From: Arenimonas sp.
GTDB taxonomy: Bacteria > Pseudomonadota > Gammaproteobacteria > Xanthomonadales > Xanthomonadaceae
DNA: 64,000 nucleotides
Direction: 5' to 3'
Assembly: GCF_041913985.1 (NCBI RefSeq)
Contig: NZ_JAYSEG010000007.1
Coordinates: forward strand, 23,670 to 87,669
Positions within the stretch are counted from its first letter, which is position 1, and every line of letters starts with the position of its first letter. The position numbers were made by a program, and so were the translations under genes. Positions 32,837 to 44,310 of this stretch are shown piece after piece. Under the pieces are notes generated by a model. It was not told where the DNA came from, did not search any database, and was given only the letters and a program-made list of their open reading frames with translations.

Positions 32837-34015
32837 TCAGGCGGCGCTTCCCGCCGCGTGGCCCGAGGCCCAGGCCCACTGGAAGTTGTAGCCGCCCAGC
32901 CAGCCGGTCACGTCCAGCACTTCGCCGACGAAGAACAGGCCCGGCTGCAGCTTCGATTCCATGGTGGTCGACGACACGCCGTCGGTGTCCACGCCGCCCA
33001 GGGTCACCTCGGCGGTGCGGTAGCCCTCGGTGCCGCTGGCCACGATGGGCCAGTTCGCCAGCTGGCGGGCCAGGTCGGGCAGCTGGCGATGGGTGTACTG
33101 GCGCATCGGCTTGCTGGGGAACCAGGCTTCGCACAGGCGCTCGGCGAAGCGCCGCGGCAGCACGTCGGCCAGCACGGTGCGCAGTTCGGCATTGGGCTGG
33201 GCGCGCTGGCGTTCGAGCAGGAAGGCTTCGGCGTCGAGCCCGGGCAGCAGGTCGAGCAGCAGTTCCTTGCCCGGCTCCCAGTAGTTCGAGATCTGCAGGA
33301 TGGCCGGGCCGCTCAGGCCGCGGTGGGTGATGAGCAGGGCGTTGTCGAAGCGCGCCTTGCCGCAGCGCGCCGAGACGGGAAAGGCCACGCCGGCGAGGTC
33401 GGCGTAGTGCTCCTGGTGCTTGCCGCTCAGCGTCAGCGGCACCAGCCCGGCGCGCGTGGGCAGCACCTCGTGGCCGAAACGGCGCGCGAGTTCATAGCCG
33501 AAGCCGGTGGCGCCCATCGAGGGAATGGAAAGGCCGCCCGTGGCCACCACCAGCGACGGCGCCTGCATCGTGCCGCGCGTGGTGCGCAGCTGGAAGCCGC
33601 CGCCGGGCAGGGCGTCGACGGCCTCGACGCTGCACCCGGTTTCCACCTGCACGCCGGCGTCGGCGCATTCGTCGAGCAGCATGGCCACGATCTGCTTCGA
33701 GGACTCGTCGCAGAACAGCTGGCCCAGCTCCTTCTCGTGCCAGGCGATGCCGTGCGCCTCCACCATGTCGATGAACTGCGCGGGCCGGTAGCGCGCCAGC
33801 GCCGACTTGCAGAAGTGCGGGTTGGCGGAAAGGAAATTCGCCGGCGTGGTGCCGGTGTTGGTGAAGTTGCAGCGGCCGCCGCCCGACATCAGGATCTTCT
33901 TGCCGCAGCGGTTGGCGTGTTCGAGCACGCGCACGCGGCGGCCGCGGCGTCCCGCCGTGAGCGCGCACATCAGCCCGGCGGCGCCGCCGCCGATCACCAG
34001 CACATCCGATTCCAT
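32837..34015 (-). CDS. HI0933/BaiN(YhiN)-family flavoprotein
   Basis: IGGGAAG, GKKILMSGGGRCNFTN, VTLGGV, GEVLDVTGWLGGYNFQWAWASG. Confidence 0.92.
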   Translation of the reverse strand: MESDVLVIGGGAAGLMCALTAGRRGRRVRVLEHANRCGKKILMSGGGRCNFTNTGTTPANFLSANPHFCKSALARYRPAQFIDMVEAHGIAWHEKELGQLFCDESSKQIVAMLLDECADAGVQVETGCSVEAVDALPGGGFQLRTTRGTMQAPSLVVATGGLSIPSMGATGFGYELARRFGHEVLPTRAGLVPLTLSGKHQEHYADLAGVAFPVSARCGKARFDNALLITHRGLSGPAILQISNYWEPGKELLLDLLPGLDAEAFLLERQRAQPNAELRTVLADVLPRRFAERLCEAWFPSKPMRQYTHRQLPDLARQLANWPIVASGTEGYRTAEVTLGGVDTDGVSSTTMESKLQPGLFFVGEVLDVTGWLGGYNFQWAWASGHAAGSAA

Positions 34016-34081
34016 GGCGCGGACTGTAGCCGCTCGCCGGGTGGCCGACTATCCTCGGGCCATCGGACGAGGGGGAAGACC

Positions 34082-34738
34082 ATGGCCGCGAAGAAGCTGC
34101 TGACCGGTTGCCTGGTGGTGCTGCTGCTGGCGGTGGCAGTCGCGGGCCTGGCCTGGCAGTTCGTGCTCAGGCCGATGTGGCAGGCCGGCGGCGGCCTGGT
34201 CGAGGGCGCGCGCGAGTGGGCGAGCGCGGTCGACCTGGGCGACGACATCGTCAACCAGGCGGCCTACGCCGCGCCGCCCGACGGCAAGCTCACGCCGGCG
34301 CAGGTGGACGCGTTCGTGCGCGTGCAGTCGGTGGTGGCGCGGGAGATGGGCGCGGACCTCGCGCTGATGGGCCGGCGCGCGCAGGCCGCGGCGGCGGAAC
34401 GGGCCAACGGCGGCGGGCCGTCACTGCAGGACGTGGGCCAGGCCTACCAGGAACTCTCGGGCCTGCTCTCGCGCTGGCGCATCGCCCAGGCCAAGGGCGT
34501 GAACGAAGTGGGCCTGTCGCGCGAGGAATACGCCTGGGTGCGTCGCCAGGCGCTGGCGGCGATGCCGCTGCTGGTGGAACTGCCGGCCGCGCCGGCCCTG
34601 CCGGGCCTGCCTTCCGTCGGCGCGCCCGACCCGGACGACGAGCAGGCCATGGCCGCGGCGCGCCACAACGCGGCGCTGCTGCGCCCGCACCTGCCGCTGC
34701 TGGAAAAAACCCTGGGCGCCCTGCCGCTGGCGCCCTGA
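34082..34738 (+). CDS. Hypothetical membrane-anchored protein
   Basis: ATG after a GAGGGGG RBS, N-terminal TM, GC3-rich codons, fills the gap between two genes. Confidence 0.72.
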   Translation: MAAKKLLTGCLVVLLLAVAVAGLAWQFVLRPMWQAGGGLVEGAREWASAVDLGDDIVNQAAYAAPPDGKLTPAQVDAFVRVQSVVAREMGADLALMGRRAQAAAAERANGGGPSLQDVGQAYQELSGLLSRWRIAQAKGVNEVGLSREEYAWVRRQALAAMPLLVELPAAPALPGLPSVGAPDPDDEQAMAAARHNAALLRPHLPLLEKTLGALPLAP

Positions 34739-34744
34739 GGCCGC

Positions 34745-36631
<1,887 letters not shown>

Positions 36632-36799
36632 GGGAGTTCCGGTGGAATTCGGGGCGCTTCGCATGCCGGCACACCACGGACACGAAGGAAACGCGCTTAT
36701 TGTACCCCAGAACGGACGCAAGCGCCTGAACCCCAACGGTATTGCGGCCCCGGCCCGATGCCGGAATCATGGGGGCCCCGCGAGCCGAGGAGAACGACG

Positions 36800-37594
36800 A
36801 TGCGCGCCATCCACGCGAGCCTCACGACCGCCCTGGCCGGCCTGCTGCTGGCCGCCTGCGCCACCGCCCCGTCCGGGCGCTCCCAGCTGATCCTGGTGAG
36901 CGACGGCGACATGGACAAGATGGGCGCCAGCGCCTTCGACCAGATCAAGGCCGGCGGCAAGCTCGCCAACGACCCGGCCAGGGCCCGCTACGTGCGCTGC
37001 GTCGCCGACGCGCTGATCGCCGTGCTGCCCGAATCCTCGCGCCGCCAGGCCTGGGAAGTGGTGCTGATCGCCGACGACACCCCCAACGCCTTCGCGCTGC
37101 CCGGCGGCAAGGTGGGCGTGCACACCGGCCTGCTGAAGGTGGCCACCGACCAGGACCAGCTGGCCGCGGTGGTCGGCCATGAGCTGGGCCACGTCATCTC
37201 GCGCCACGCCGCCGAGCGCGTCTCGCAGCAGTTCGCCGCCGAGACGGCGCTGCGGGCGCTGGACTCGGCCACCGGCGGCGAGCGCCGCCAGCTGCTGGGC
37301 CTGCTCGGCGTGGGCACCCAGGCCGGCGTGCTGCTGCCGTTCTCGCGCAAGCATGAAAGCGAGGCCGACGTGCTCGGCCAGCGCTACATGGCCCAGGCCG
37401 GCTTCCAGCCTCACGCCGCCGCGACGCTGTGGGAGAACATGATCCGCGCCTCGGGCGGCAGCCGCACGCCGACCTGGCTGTCCACCCATCCCGACCCGCA
37501 GCAGCGCATCGCTTCGCTCAAGGCCGCCGCGCCGGGCCTGCAGGCCACCTACGACCAGGCCCGCGCCGCGGGCCGCAAGCCCAACTGCCGCTGA
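36800..37594 (+). CDS. M48 family metallopeptidase, lipoprotein
   Basis: LAAC lipobox, NAFALPGG, HELGH, E.EAD, LSTHP. Confidence 0.92.
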   Translation: MRAIHASLTTALAGLLLAACATAPSGRSQLILVSDGDMDKMGASAFDQIKAGGKLANDPARARYVRCVADALIAVLPESSRRQAWEVVLIADDTPNAFALPGGKVGVHTGLLKVATDQDQLAAVVGHELGHVISRHAAERVSQQFAAETALRALDSATGGERRQLLGLLGVGTQAGVLLPFSRKHESEADVLGQRYMAQAGFQPHAAATLWENMIRASGGSRTPTWLSTHPDPQQRIASLKAAAPGLQATYDQARAAGRKPNCR

Positions 37595-37617
37595 CGCGGC
37601 CCCGAAAAGGACTTCCC

Positions 37618-38034
37618 ATGTACCTCTGGACCAAGCTCTTCCACGTGCTGTTCGTGATTTCCTGGATGGCCACGGTGTTCTACCTGCCGCGCATCCTGGT
37701 GAACCTGGCCGAAGCCGGCGCCGAGCCGGCCGTGCGCGACCGGCTGGCGCTGATGGGCCGGCGCCTTTACCGCTTCGGCCACGTGATGTTCGGTTTCGCC
37801 CTGCTGCTGGGCCTGACCCTGTGGCTGCACTTCGACCGCAGCGGCGGCTGGGTACACGCCAAGCTCACCCTGGTGGCGCTGATGCTGGCGCACTTCATCT
37901 TCACCGGCCGCTGGATCAAGCGCGCCGGCACGGGCGCGCCGCTGCCGTCGCCGACGACGCTGCGCTGGTTCAACGAGGTGCCGCTGCTGCTGGCGATCCC
38001 GGTGCTGTGGCTGGTCTACTTCAAGCCGTTCTGA
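37618..38034 (+). CDS. HemJ/CopD-family membrane protein (possible protoporphyrinogen oxidase)
   Basis: W.K.FHV..VISWMA..FYLPR, WVHAKL, RWFNEVP, KPF end. Confidence 0.8.
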   Translation: MYLWTKLFHVLFVISWMATVFYLPRILVNLAEAGAEPAVRDRLALMGRRLYRFGHVMFGFALLLGLTLWLHFDRSGGWVHAKLTLVALMLAHFIFTGRWIKRAGTGAPLPSPTTLRWFNEVPLLLAIPVLWLVYFKPF

Positions 38035-38037
38035 GTT

Positions 38038-39111
38038 TCACCCGCGCCGCCGGGTGCGAAGTTCGCGCCAGGCCACCACGGAAAGCGTGACCACGGTGAG
38101 CGGGATCACCACCGTGCGCATCACCAGCGTGAACTCGTCCAGGGCATCGTGCTCCTGGGCGTAAAGCACGAGGTAGGCGGTGTAGAAGACGTAGTAGGCC
38201 AGGAACAGCGCGCCTTCCCAGCGCGCCACCATGTGCCCGGTGAACAGCACCGGCATGCAGGCCACCGACACCGCCACCATCACCGGCAGGTCGAAGGCCA
38301 TCAGCGGGCCCGGCACCCCGAGGCCGCCTTTGGCGACGACCGCGCTGAAGCCCAGCACGCACACCAGGTTGAAGATGCAGCTGCCCAGCACGTTGCCCAC
38401 GGCGATCTCGCGTTCGCCGCGCAGCGCGGCGATCACCGAGGTGGCCACTTCCGGCAGCGAGGTGCCCGCGGCCACGATGGTCAGGCCGATCACCAGCGGG
38501 CTCACGCCCAGCATCGTGGCGAATACCGTGGCCGCCTCGACCAGCCAGCGCGAGCCCAGCACCAGCATCGCCAGGCCCACCACGATCAGCGCCAGCTGCA
38601 CCGGCAGCCGCGACAGCCAGGGCGAAGGCGGCTCGGTCACCAGCGTGTCCGCCACCTCGGCAGGTGCCGCCTTCGTGCCCTGGCGGTAGAGCAGCACGGT
38701 GTAGGCCACCAGCAGCGCCACCAGCAGCAGGCCGTCGGCGCGCGAGATGCCGCCGTCGAGTGCCATCCAGGCGACCAGCAGGCTCAGTCCCATCAGGATG
38801 GGCACTTCCTGGCGCACCAGCTGGCGGTCCACCACCAGCGGCGCCAGCAGGGCCGAGACGCCCAGGATGAAGAGCACGTTGAAGATGTTGCTGCCCACCA
38901 CGTTGCCCAGGGCCAGGTCGGTCTGGCCGTCGAAGGCCGCCTTGAGCGAGATGGCGAGTTCGGGCGCGCTGGTGCCGAAGGCGACCACGGTGAGGCCAAC
39001 CACCAGCGGGGCGATGCCCAGGCGCAGGGAAAGGCGCGAGGCGCCGCGCACGAGCAGGTCGGCGCCGACGATCAGCAGGGCCAGGCCGGCCAGGAAAAGG
39101 ACGAGGGTCAT
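38038..39111 (-). CDS. Calcium/sodium antiporter (YrbG/CaCA family)
   Basis: Two alpha-repeats, GTSAPE...GNVVGSN and GTSLPE...GNVLGS. Confidence 0.92.
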   Translation of the reverse strand: MTLVLFLAGLALLIVGADLLVRGASRLSLRLGIAPLVVGLTVVAFGTSAPELAISLKAAFDGQTDLALGNVVGSNIFNVLFILGVSALLAPLVVDRQLVRQEVPILMGLSLLVAWMALDGGISRADGLLLVALLVAYTVLLYRQGTKAAPAEVADTLVTEPPSPWLSRLPVQLALIVVGLAMLVLGSRWLVEAATVFATMLGVSPLVIGLTIVAAGTSLPEVATSVIAALRGEREIAVGNVLGSCIFNLVCVLGFSAVVAKGGLGVPGPLMAFDLPVMVAVSVACMPVLFTGHMVARWEGALFLAYYVFYTAYLVLYAQEHDALDEFTLVMRTVVIPLTVVTLSVVAWRELRTRRRG

Positions 39112-39231
39112 GGGGTCTCCGGGGCAGGCCGCCATTATCACGCAACGGTGTGTTTCCGCCGGTGACGAAAGGCGTGACCGGGGGGCGGGGGGCCGCTATC
39201 GTCGGCCTTCGTCCCACCCCCGAGTCCGCCG

Positions 39232-40503
39232 ATGGCCCTGGTGTCCGCCTGGTTCCGCATCCCGTTCTGGCAGCGCGTGCTCGCCGGCTTCGCGCTGGGC
39301 GCGCTGGCCGGCTGGGCCCTGGGCGGCGCCGCGGCCACCTGGTTCCAGCCGCTGGGCACGCTCTACGTCACGCTGATCAAGATGATCGCGACGCCGCTGG
39401 TGTTCTTCGCGGTCATCAACGCCGTGTCCGGCCTGGCCGGGCAGCGCTCCATCGCCGCGCTGGGCGGCCGCACCTTCCTGTGGTTCGCGGCCACCGCGGC
39501 GCTGGCGGTGGGCGTGGGCCTGGGCGTCGGCCTGCTGCTCAAGCCCGGCGAAGGCCTGGGTGCGCTGGCCATGGCCGCCGACTACCAGGTGCGCCAGGTG
39601 CCGGGCCCGGTGCAGGTGCTGCTGGACGTGGTGCCGGCCAACCCGTTCGCGGCGCTGGCCGAGGGACGCATCCTGCAGGTGATCTTCTTCGCCGGCCTGC
39701 TCGGCTTCGCGCTGGTGAAGCTGGGCGAGAAGACCGCGAAGCTGCGCGCGCTGGCCGCGGAGGCCAGCGACGCCATGATCCAGGTGACCCGCTTCGTGCT
39801 CGAGTTCACGCCGATCGGCACCTTCGGTCTCATCGCGGCGCTGGTCGGCACCTACGGCTTCGAGCGGCTGCTGCCGCTGGGCGGCTTCGTGGCGGCGATC
39901 TTCCTGGCCTGCGCGCTGCACATCGTGGTGGTCTACGGCGGCCTGCTGCTGGCGCATGGCCTGAATCCGCTGAAGTTCTTCCGCGGCGCGGCGCCGGCGA
40001 TGCAGGTGGCCTTCGCCACCGCGTCGAGCTTCGGCGCCCTTCCGGTGTCGCTGCGCGCGGCCGTGCACAACCTGGGCGTGCGCCAGGAGTACGCCGCGTT
40101 CGCGGTGCCGCTGGGCGCCAGCATCAAGATGGACGGCTGCGGCGCCATCTACCCGGCGCTCACTTCGCTGTTCGTCGCCCAGTACTTCGGCATCGAGCTC
40201 AGCGTTTCGCAGTACTTCATCATCCTGCTGGCCTCGGTGCTGGGCAGCTTCGGCACCGCCGGCGTGCCGGGCACGGCGGTGGTGATGGCCACGGTGGTGC
40301 TCAGCGCCGCCGGCCTGCCGCTGGAAGGGCTGGGCTACCTGCTGGCCATCGACCGCGTGCTCGACATGATGCGCACGATGACCAACGTCACCGGCCAGGT
40401 GCTGGTGCCGGTGCTGGTGGCGAAGGAGAGCGGCCTGCTCGACCAGGCGGTGTACGACGCCGCGCCGAGCAACGTCGGCCTGGAGGCCGGGGACCCGCGA
40501 TGA
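39232..40503 (+). CDS. Dicarboxylate/amino acid:cation symporter (DAACS)
   Basis: AFATASS, PLGASIKMDG, GVPG, IDRVLDMMRTMTNVTG. Confidence 0.92.
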   Translation: MALVSAWFRIPFWQRVLAGFALGALAGWALGGAAATWFQPLGTLYVTLIKMIATPLVFFAVINAVSGLAGQRSIAALGGRTFLWFAATAALAVGVGLGVGLLLKPGEGLGALAMAADYQVRQVPGPVQVLLDVVPANPFAALAEGRILQVIFFAGLLGFALVKLGEKTAKLRALAAEASDAMIQVTRFVLEFTPIGTFGLIAALVGTYGFERLLPLGGFVAAIFLACALHIVVVYGGLLLAHGLNPLKFFRGAAPAMQVAFATASSFGALPVSLRAAVHNLGVRQEYAAFAVPLGASIKMDGCGAIYPALTSLFVAQYFGIELSVSQYFIILLASVLGSFGTAGVPGTAVVMATVVLSAAGLPLEGLGYLLAIDRVLDMMRTMTNVTGQVLVPVLVAKESGLLDQAVYDAAPSNVGLEAGDPR

Positions 40504-41369
40504 CGCCGCGCACGCGCGCCACCGCGGCGGGTTTCGCCGCCGTGCTGCTGTGGTCCTCGCTGGCGGTGCTCACCACCGCCACCGACGGCATCCCGCCGTT
40601 CCAGCTGCTCGCCCTCGGCTTCGGCATCGCCGGCGTCGCCGGCGTGGCGCTGCTGCTGCGGCCCGGCGGCCCGGGGCTGGCGGCGCTGCGGCAGCCGTTG
40701 GCGGCGGGCGTGCTGTGCATCGGCGCGCTGTTCGGCTACCACGCGCTGTTCTTCCTCGCGCTCAAGCGCGCGCCGGTGGTGGAAGCCAACCTGCTCAACT
40801 ACCTGTGGCCGCTGCTGATCGTGGTGTTCGCGGCGCTGCTGGGCGGCGCGCGCGTGCGGGCGGGGCAGTGGCTGGGCACGCTGCTGGGCCTGGCCGCGGC
40901 GGCGCTGCTGGTGCTGCGCGGCGGCCGCCTCGATCTGGCGCCGGCGCACCTGGCCGGCTACCTCGCCGCTCTCGGCGCGGCGGTGATCTGGGCGCTGTAC
41001 TCGGTGCTCAACCGGCGCTTCGAGGCCGTGCCCAGCAGCGCCATGGCCGGCGCCTGCCTGGCGGTGGGCCTGCTGGGCGCGGCGGCGCATGCCGCGGTCG
41101 AAACCACGGTGGCGCCGACGGCCGTGCAGTGGCTGGCCATCGTCGCGCTGGGCCTGGGGCCCACGGGCGTCGCCTTCTGGCTCTGGGACATCGGCACCAA
41201 GCGCGGCGACATCGCCGTGCTGGGCACGCTGTCGTACGCGGCACCGCTGCTGTCCACCGGCCTGCTGCTGGCCTTCGGCCGCGCCCAGCCGCACTGGACC
41301 CAGGCCGTGGCGGTGTTCCTGCTGCTGCTCGGCGCCTGGCTGAGCGTGCGGGCCGGCCGCGACCCATGA
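40500..41369 (+). CDS. DMT family transporter (YddG-like)
   Basis: LLWSSLA, EANLLNYLWP, WDIGTKRGD, SYAAPLLST; ATGA overlap with the upstream gene. Confidence 0.86.
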   Translation: MTPRTRATAAGFAAVLLWSSLAVLTTATDGIPPFQLLALGFGIAGVAGVALLLRPGGPGLAALRQPLAAGVLCIGALFGYHALFFLALKRAPVVEANLLNYLWPLLIVVFAALLGGARVRAGQWLGTLLGLAAAALLVLRGGRLDLAPAHLAGYLAALGAAVIWALYSVLNRRFEAVPSSAMAGACLAVGLLGAAAHAAVETTVAPTAVQWLAIVALGLGPTGVAFWLWDIGTKRGDIAVLGTLSYAAPLLSTGLLLAFGRAQPHWTQAVAVFLLLLGAWLSVRAGRDP

Positions 41370-41439
41370 CTTCCTGCACGGTGGGAGCCCGCGCCCGGGA
41401 CCGGTAGCCTCGGGGGCTTACCCGCTGCGAGGACGCCCC

Positions 41440-42819
41440 ATGCGAACGATGAACCGCCGACTGCTCTGGCTCGGCCTGCTGCTGGCCGCGCCGGCTTTCG
41501 CCGACAACCCCGACCGCTGGGAAATCCCGGTGTCGGTGAAGACCCTCGACAACGGCCTGACCGTGGTGGTCTCGCCCGACCCCAGCGCGCCGGTGGTGGG
41601 CGTGAGCGTGGTCTACAAGGTGGGCATGCGCCAGGAGCCGCGCAACCGCACCGGCTTCGCGCACCTGTTCGAGCACCTGATGTTCGAAGGCACGCCGGTG
41701 GCGGGCGAGGGCGTGTTCGACAAGGTGATCACCTCCGGCGGCGGCCGCAACAACGGATCCACCCGCCCCGACTTCACCAACTACATCGAGGTCGCGCCGG
41801 CCTCGGCGCTCGAGCCCATCCTGTGGCTCGAGGCGGACCGCATGACCACGCTCGACTTCAACGAGCGCACCCTGCGCAACCAGCAGGACGTGGTGAAGGA
41901 AGAGATCCGCGTGAACGTGAAGAACCAGCCCTATGGCGGCTTCATGTGGCTCGACATCAACCAGGCCGCCTTCTCGAAGTGGGAGAACAACCACGACGGC
42001 TACGGCAGCTTCGAGGACCTCGAGGGCGCCACCGTCGCCGACGTGGCCGCCTTCCACCGCGACTACTACGGCCCGAACAACGCGGTGCTCTCGATCGCCG
42101 GCGACGTGACGCCCGAGCAGGGCTTCGCGCTGGCGGAGAAATACTTCGGCAAGGTCGCCGCGCGTCCCACGCCGCCGCGTCCGGACGTGGCCGAGCCGCT
42201 GAACACGAAGGAGATCCGCGTCACCCAGCCCGACGCGCTGGCCCAGGTGCCGGCGCTCGCGGTGGGCTGGAAGATCGCCGAGCGCGGCAGCCCCGACCAC
42301 GCGCCTGCCGCCGTGCTGGCCGAAGTGCTGGCCGGCGGCGACGCCTCGCGCGTCTACCAGGGCCTGGTGAAGGGCCGCGAGATGGCCATCAACGGCGAGT
42401 ACCTGTTCGGCCTCACCAGCCCCTGGGAGTTCGACGGCCCCACGCTGCTGACGCTGTTCGCGCTCTACAAGCCGCAGTACGACGCCGACCAGGTGCTGGC
42501 CGCGCTCGACGAGGAAATCGCCCGCATCGCCAGGGATGGCGTTGGCGACGAGGAGCTGGCGCGGGTGAAGACCCGCATGCTGGCCGACTGGAACAACGGC
42601 ATGGAAAGCTACCTCGGCCGCGCCGACACGCTGGCGCGCCTGCAGGCGATCTGGGGCGACGCCACCGTGGCCAACCGCATCCCCGGCTGGATCGAGGCCG
42701 TGGATTCCGAGGACCTGCAGCGCGTCGCGCGCACCTACCTCACGGTGGCCAACCGCACCGTGATCGACCGCAAGCCCGCCGCCATGCTGGCCGCGCCCGC
42801 CGCCGACGCGGGCAAGTGA
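41440..42819 (+). CDS. M16 (pitrilysin-type) zinc peptidase, catalytic subunit
   Basis: Signal peptide; GFAHLFEHLMF (HxxEH), LEADRM, VVKEE. Confidence 0.93.
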   Translation: MRTMNRRLLWLGLLLAAPAFADNPDRWEIPVSVKTLDNGLTVVVSPDPSAPVVGVSVVYKVGMRQEPRNRTGFAHLFEHLMFEGTPVAGEGVFDKVITSGGGRNNGSTRPDFTNYIEVAPASALEPILWLEADRMTTLDFNERTLRNQQDVVKEEIRVNVKNQPYGGFMWLDINQAAFSKWENNHDGYGSFEDLEGATVADVAAFHRDYYGPNNAVLSIAGDVTPEQGFALAEKYFGKVAARPTPPRPDVAEPLNTKEIRVTQPDALAQVPALAVGWKIAERGSPDHAPAAVLAEVLAGGDASRVYQGLVKGREMAINGEYLFGLTSPWEFDGPTLLTLFALYKPQYDADQVLAALDEEIARIARDGVGDEELARVKTRMLADWNNGMESYLGRADTLARLQAIWGDATVANRIPGWIEAVDSEDLQRVARTYLTVANRTVIDRKPAAMLAAPAADAGK

Positions 42820-42829
42820 GGAGACGACC

Positions 42830-44239
42830 ATGACCAAGACCCTGATCGCCCTGTTCGTTTCCGCCGCGCTCGCGCCGCTGGCCCTGGCCGCCGCCGAGCC
42901 GCCCGCCATGCCCGCCGGCCTGCCGGCCTTCGCCGCCGACAAACCGCTGCCGGTGCCGCAGGTGGAGCGCAAGACGCTCGCCAACGGCCTGCAGGTGTGG
43001 GTGGTGCCGCGCGACGGTGTGCCGCGCGTGGACTTCGTGCTGGCCTTCCGCGGCGCCGGCCTGGCCGCCGACGACCCGGCCACGCCGGCCTTCGCGTCCA
43101 TGCTCGCCGGCCTGATGCCCGAAGGCACGGCGACGCGTGATTCGCGCGCCATCGCCGAAGCCGCGCAGTCCTTCGGCGGTTCGGTCGGCGCCTTCGCCAG
43201 CAACGACGGCCTGAGCCTGAGCGCCAATGCCCTGGCCTCGAAGTCGGCCGACATGGCCGGCCTGCTGGCCGACGTGGCGCGTTCGCCCGCCTTCCCCGAG
43301 GAGGAAGTGCGCCTGGCCAAGGCCAACGCGCTGCAGGGCCTGAAGGCCGCCGAGGCGCAGCCGGGCTTCCGCGCCGAGCGCGCCATGCTCGCGGCGCTGT
43401 ACGGCGACCACCCGTATTCGCGCACCCAGTCCACCGAGGCCGGCATTGCCGCGGTGGACCGCGCGCGCCTGCAGGCCGAATACGCACGCCGCATCCGGCC
43501 CGACCGCGGCCTGCTGGTGGTGACCGGCCGCATCAGCGCCGACGACGCCTTCGCGCTTGCCGAGCGCCACTTCGGCGACTGGAAGGCCGAAGGCGAACCG
43601 CTGGCCGCCACGGCGCCGTCGCGCGCCGAGGCGCCGCCCGCGCGCGTGCACCTCGACCGTCCCGGCAGCGTGCAGTCCACGCTGCGCCTGGGCCGCCCGG
43701 CGGTGCCGGCGACGCACGAGGACGCCATCCCGCTGCGCCTGGCCAGCACCGTGCTCGGTGGCAGCTTCAGCAGCCGCCTGATGCAGAACCTGCGCGAGGA
43801 GAAGGGTTACACCTACGGCGCCGGCCTGGGCCAGCGCAGCCTGGCGGCGGGCGGCGCGCTGGTGGCCAATGCCGATGTGCGCAACGAGGTCACCGGCGCG
43901 GCGCTGAAGGAGTTCTTCGCCGAATTCGAGCGCCTGGGCCGCGAACCGGTGCCGGCCGTCGAGCTGGAGATGAACAAGCGCTACGTCGCCGGCAGCTACC
44001 TGGTGTCGAACCAGCTGCAGGCCTCGGTGGCCGGCAGCCTGGCCTCGAACTGGCTGGTGGGCCTGCCGCCCGAATACCTGGGCGAGTACGTGCCCAAGGT
44101 GCGCGCGGTCACCGCGGAGCAGGTGCAGGCGATGGGCGCGAAGTACTTCGTGCCGGCGCAGCAGTCGATCGTGGTGGTGGGCGACAAGGCGGTGATGGAG
44201 CAATTGGCGGACTACGGCGAATTCACCGAAGCCAGGTGA
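42830..44239 (+). CDS. M16 peptidase-like partner subunit (no HxxEH)
   Basis: LANGLQV, SRLMQNLREEKGYTYG (R/Y pair), no zinc motif. Confidence 0.9.
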   Translation: MTKTLIALFVSAALAPLALAAAEPPAMPAGLPAFAADKPLPVPQVERKTLANGLQVWVVPRDGVPRVDFVLAFRGAGLAADDPATPAFASMLAGLMPEGTATRDSRAIAEAAQSFGGSVGAFASNDGLSLSANALASKSADMAGLLADVARSPAFPEEEVRLAKANALQGLKAAEAQPGFRAERAMLAALYGDHPYSRTQSTEAGIAAVDRARLQAEYARRIRPDRGLLVVTGRISADDAFALAERHFGDWKAEGEPLAATAPSRAEAPPARVHLDRPGSVQSTLRLGRPAVPATHEDAIPLRLASTVLGGSFSSRLMQNLREEKGYTYGAGLGQRSLAAGGALVANADVRNEVTGAALKEFFAEFERLGREPVPAVELEMNKRYVAGSYLVSNQLQASVAGSLASNWLVGLPPEYLGEYVPKVRAVTAEQVQAMGAKYFVPAQQSIVVVGDKAVMEQLADYGEFTEAR

Positions 44240-44258
44240 CGGCGCCGTGCGCGACCTG

Positions 44259-44296
44259 AAATGGAAAGGGCCGCCCTGGGGCGGCCCTTCTCATTT
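44259..44296. terminator. Hairpin between convergent genes, likely a bidirectional terminator
   Basis: AAGGGCCGCC-CTGG-GGCGGCCCTT flanked by AAATG/CATTT. Confidence 0.65.
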
Positions 44297-44310
44297 GCAG
44301 CGGGTGCTGT

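Noticed and set aside
41440-44239. Second M16 gene as a decayed pseudogene
   Set aside because: The ORF is intact; an HxxEH subunit plus an R/Y-motif subunit is the established heterodimeric M16B arrangement
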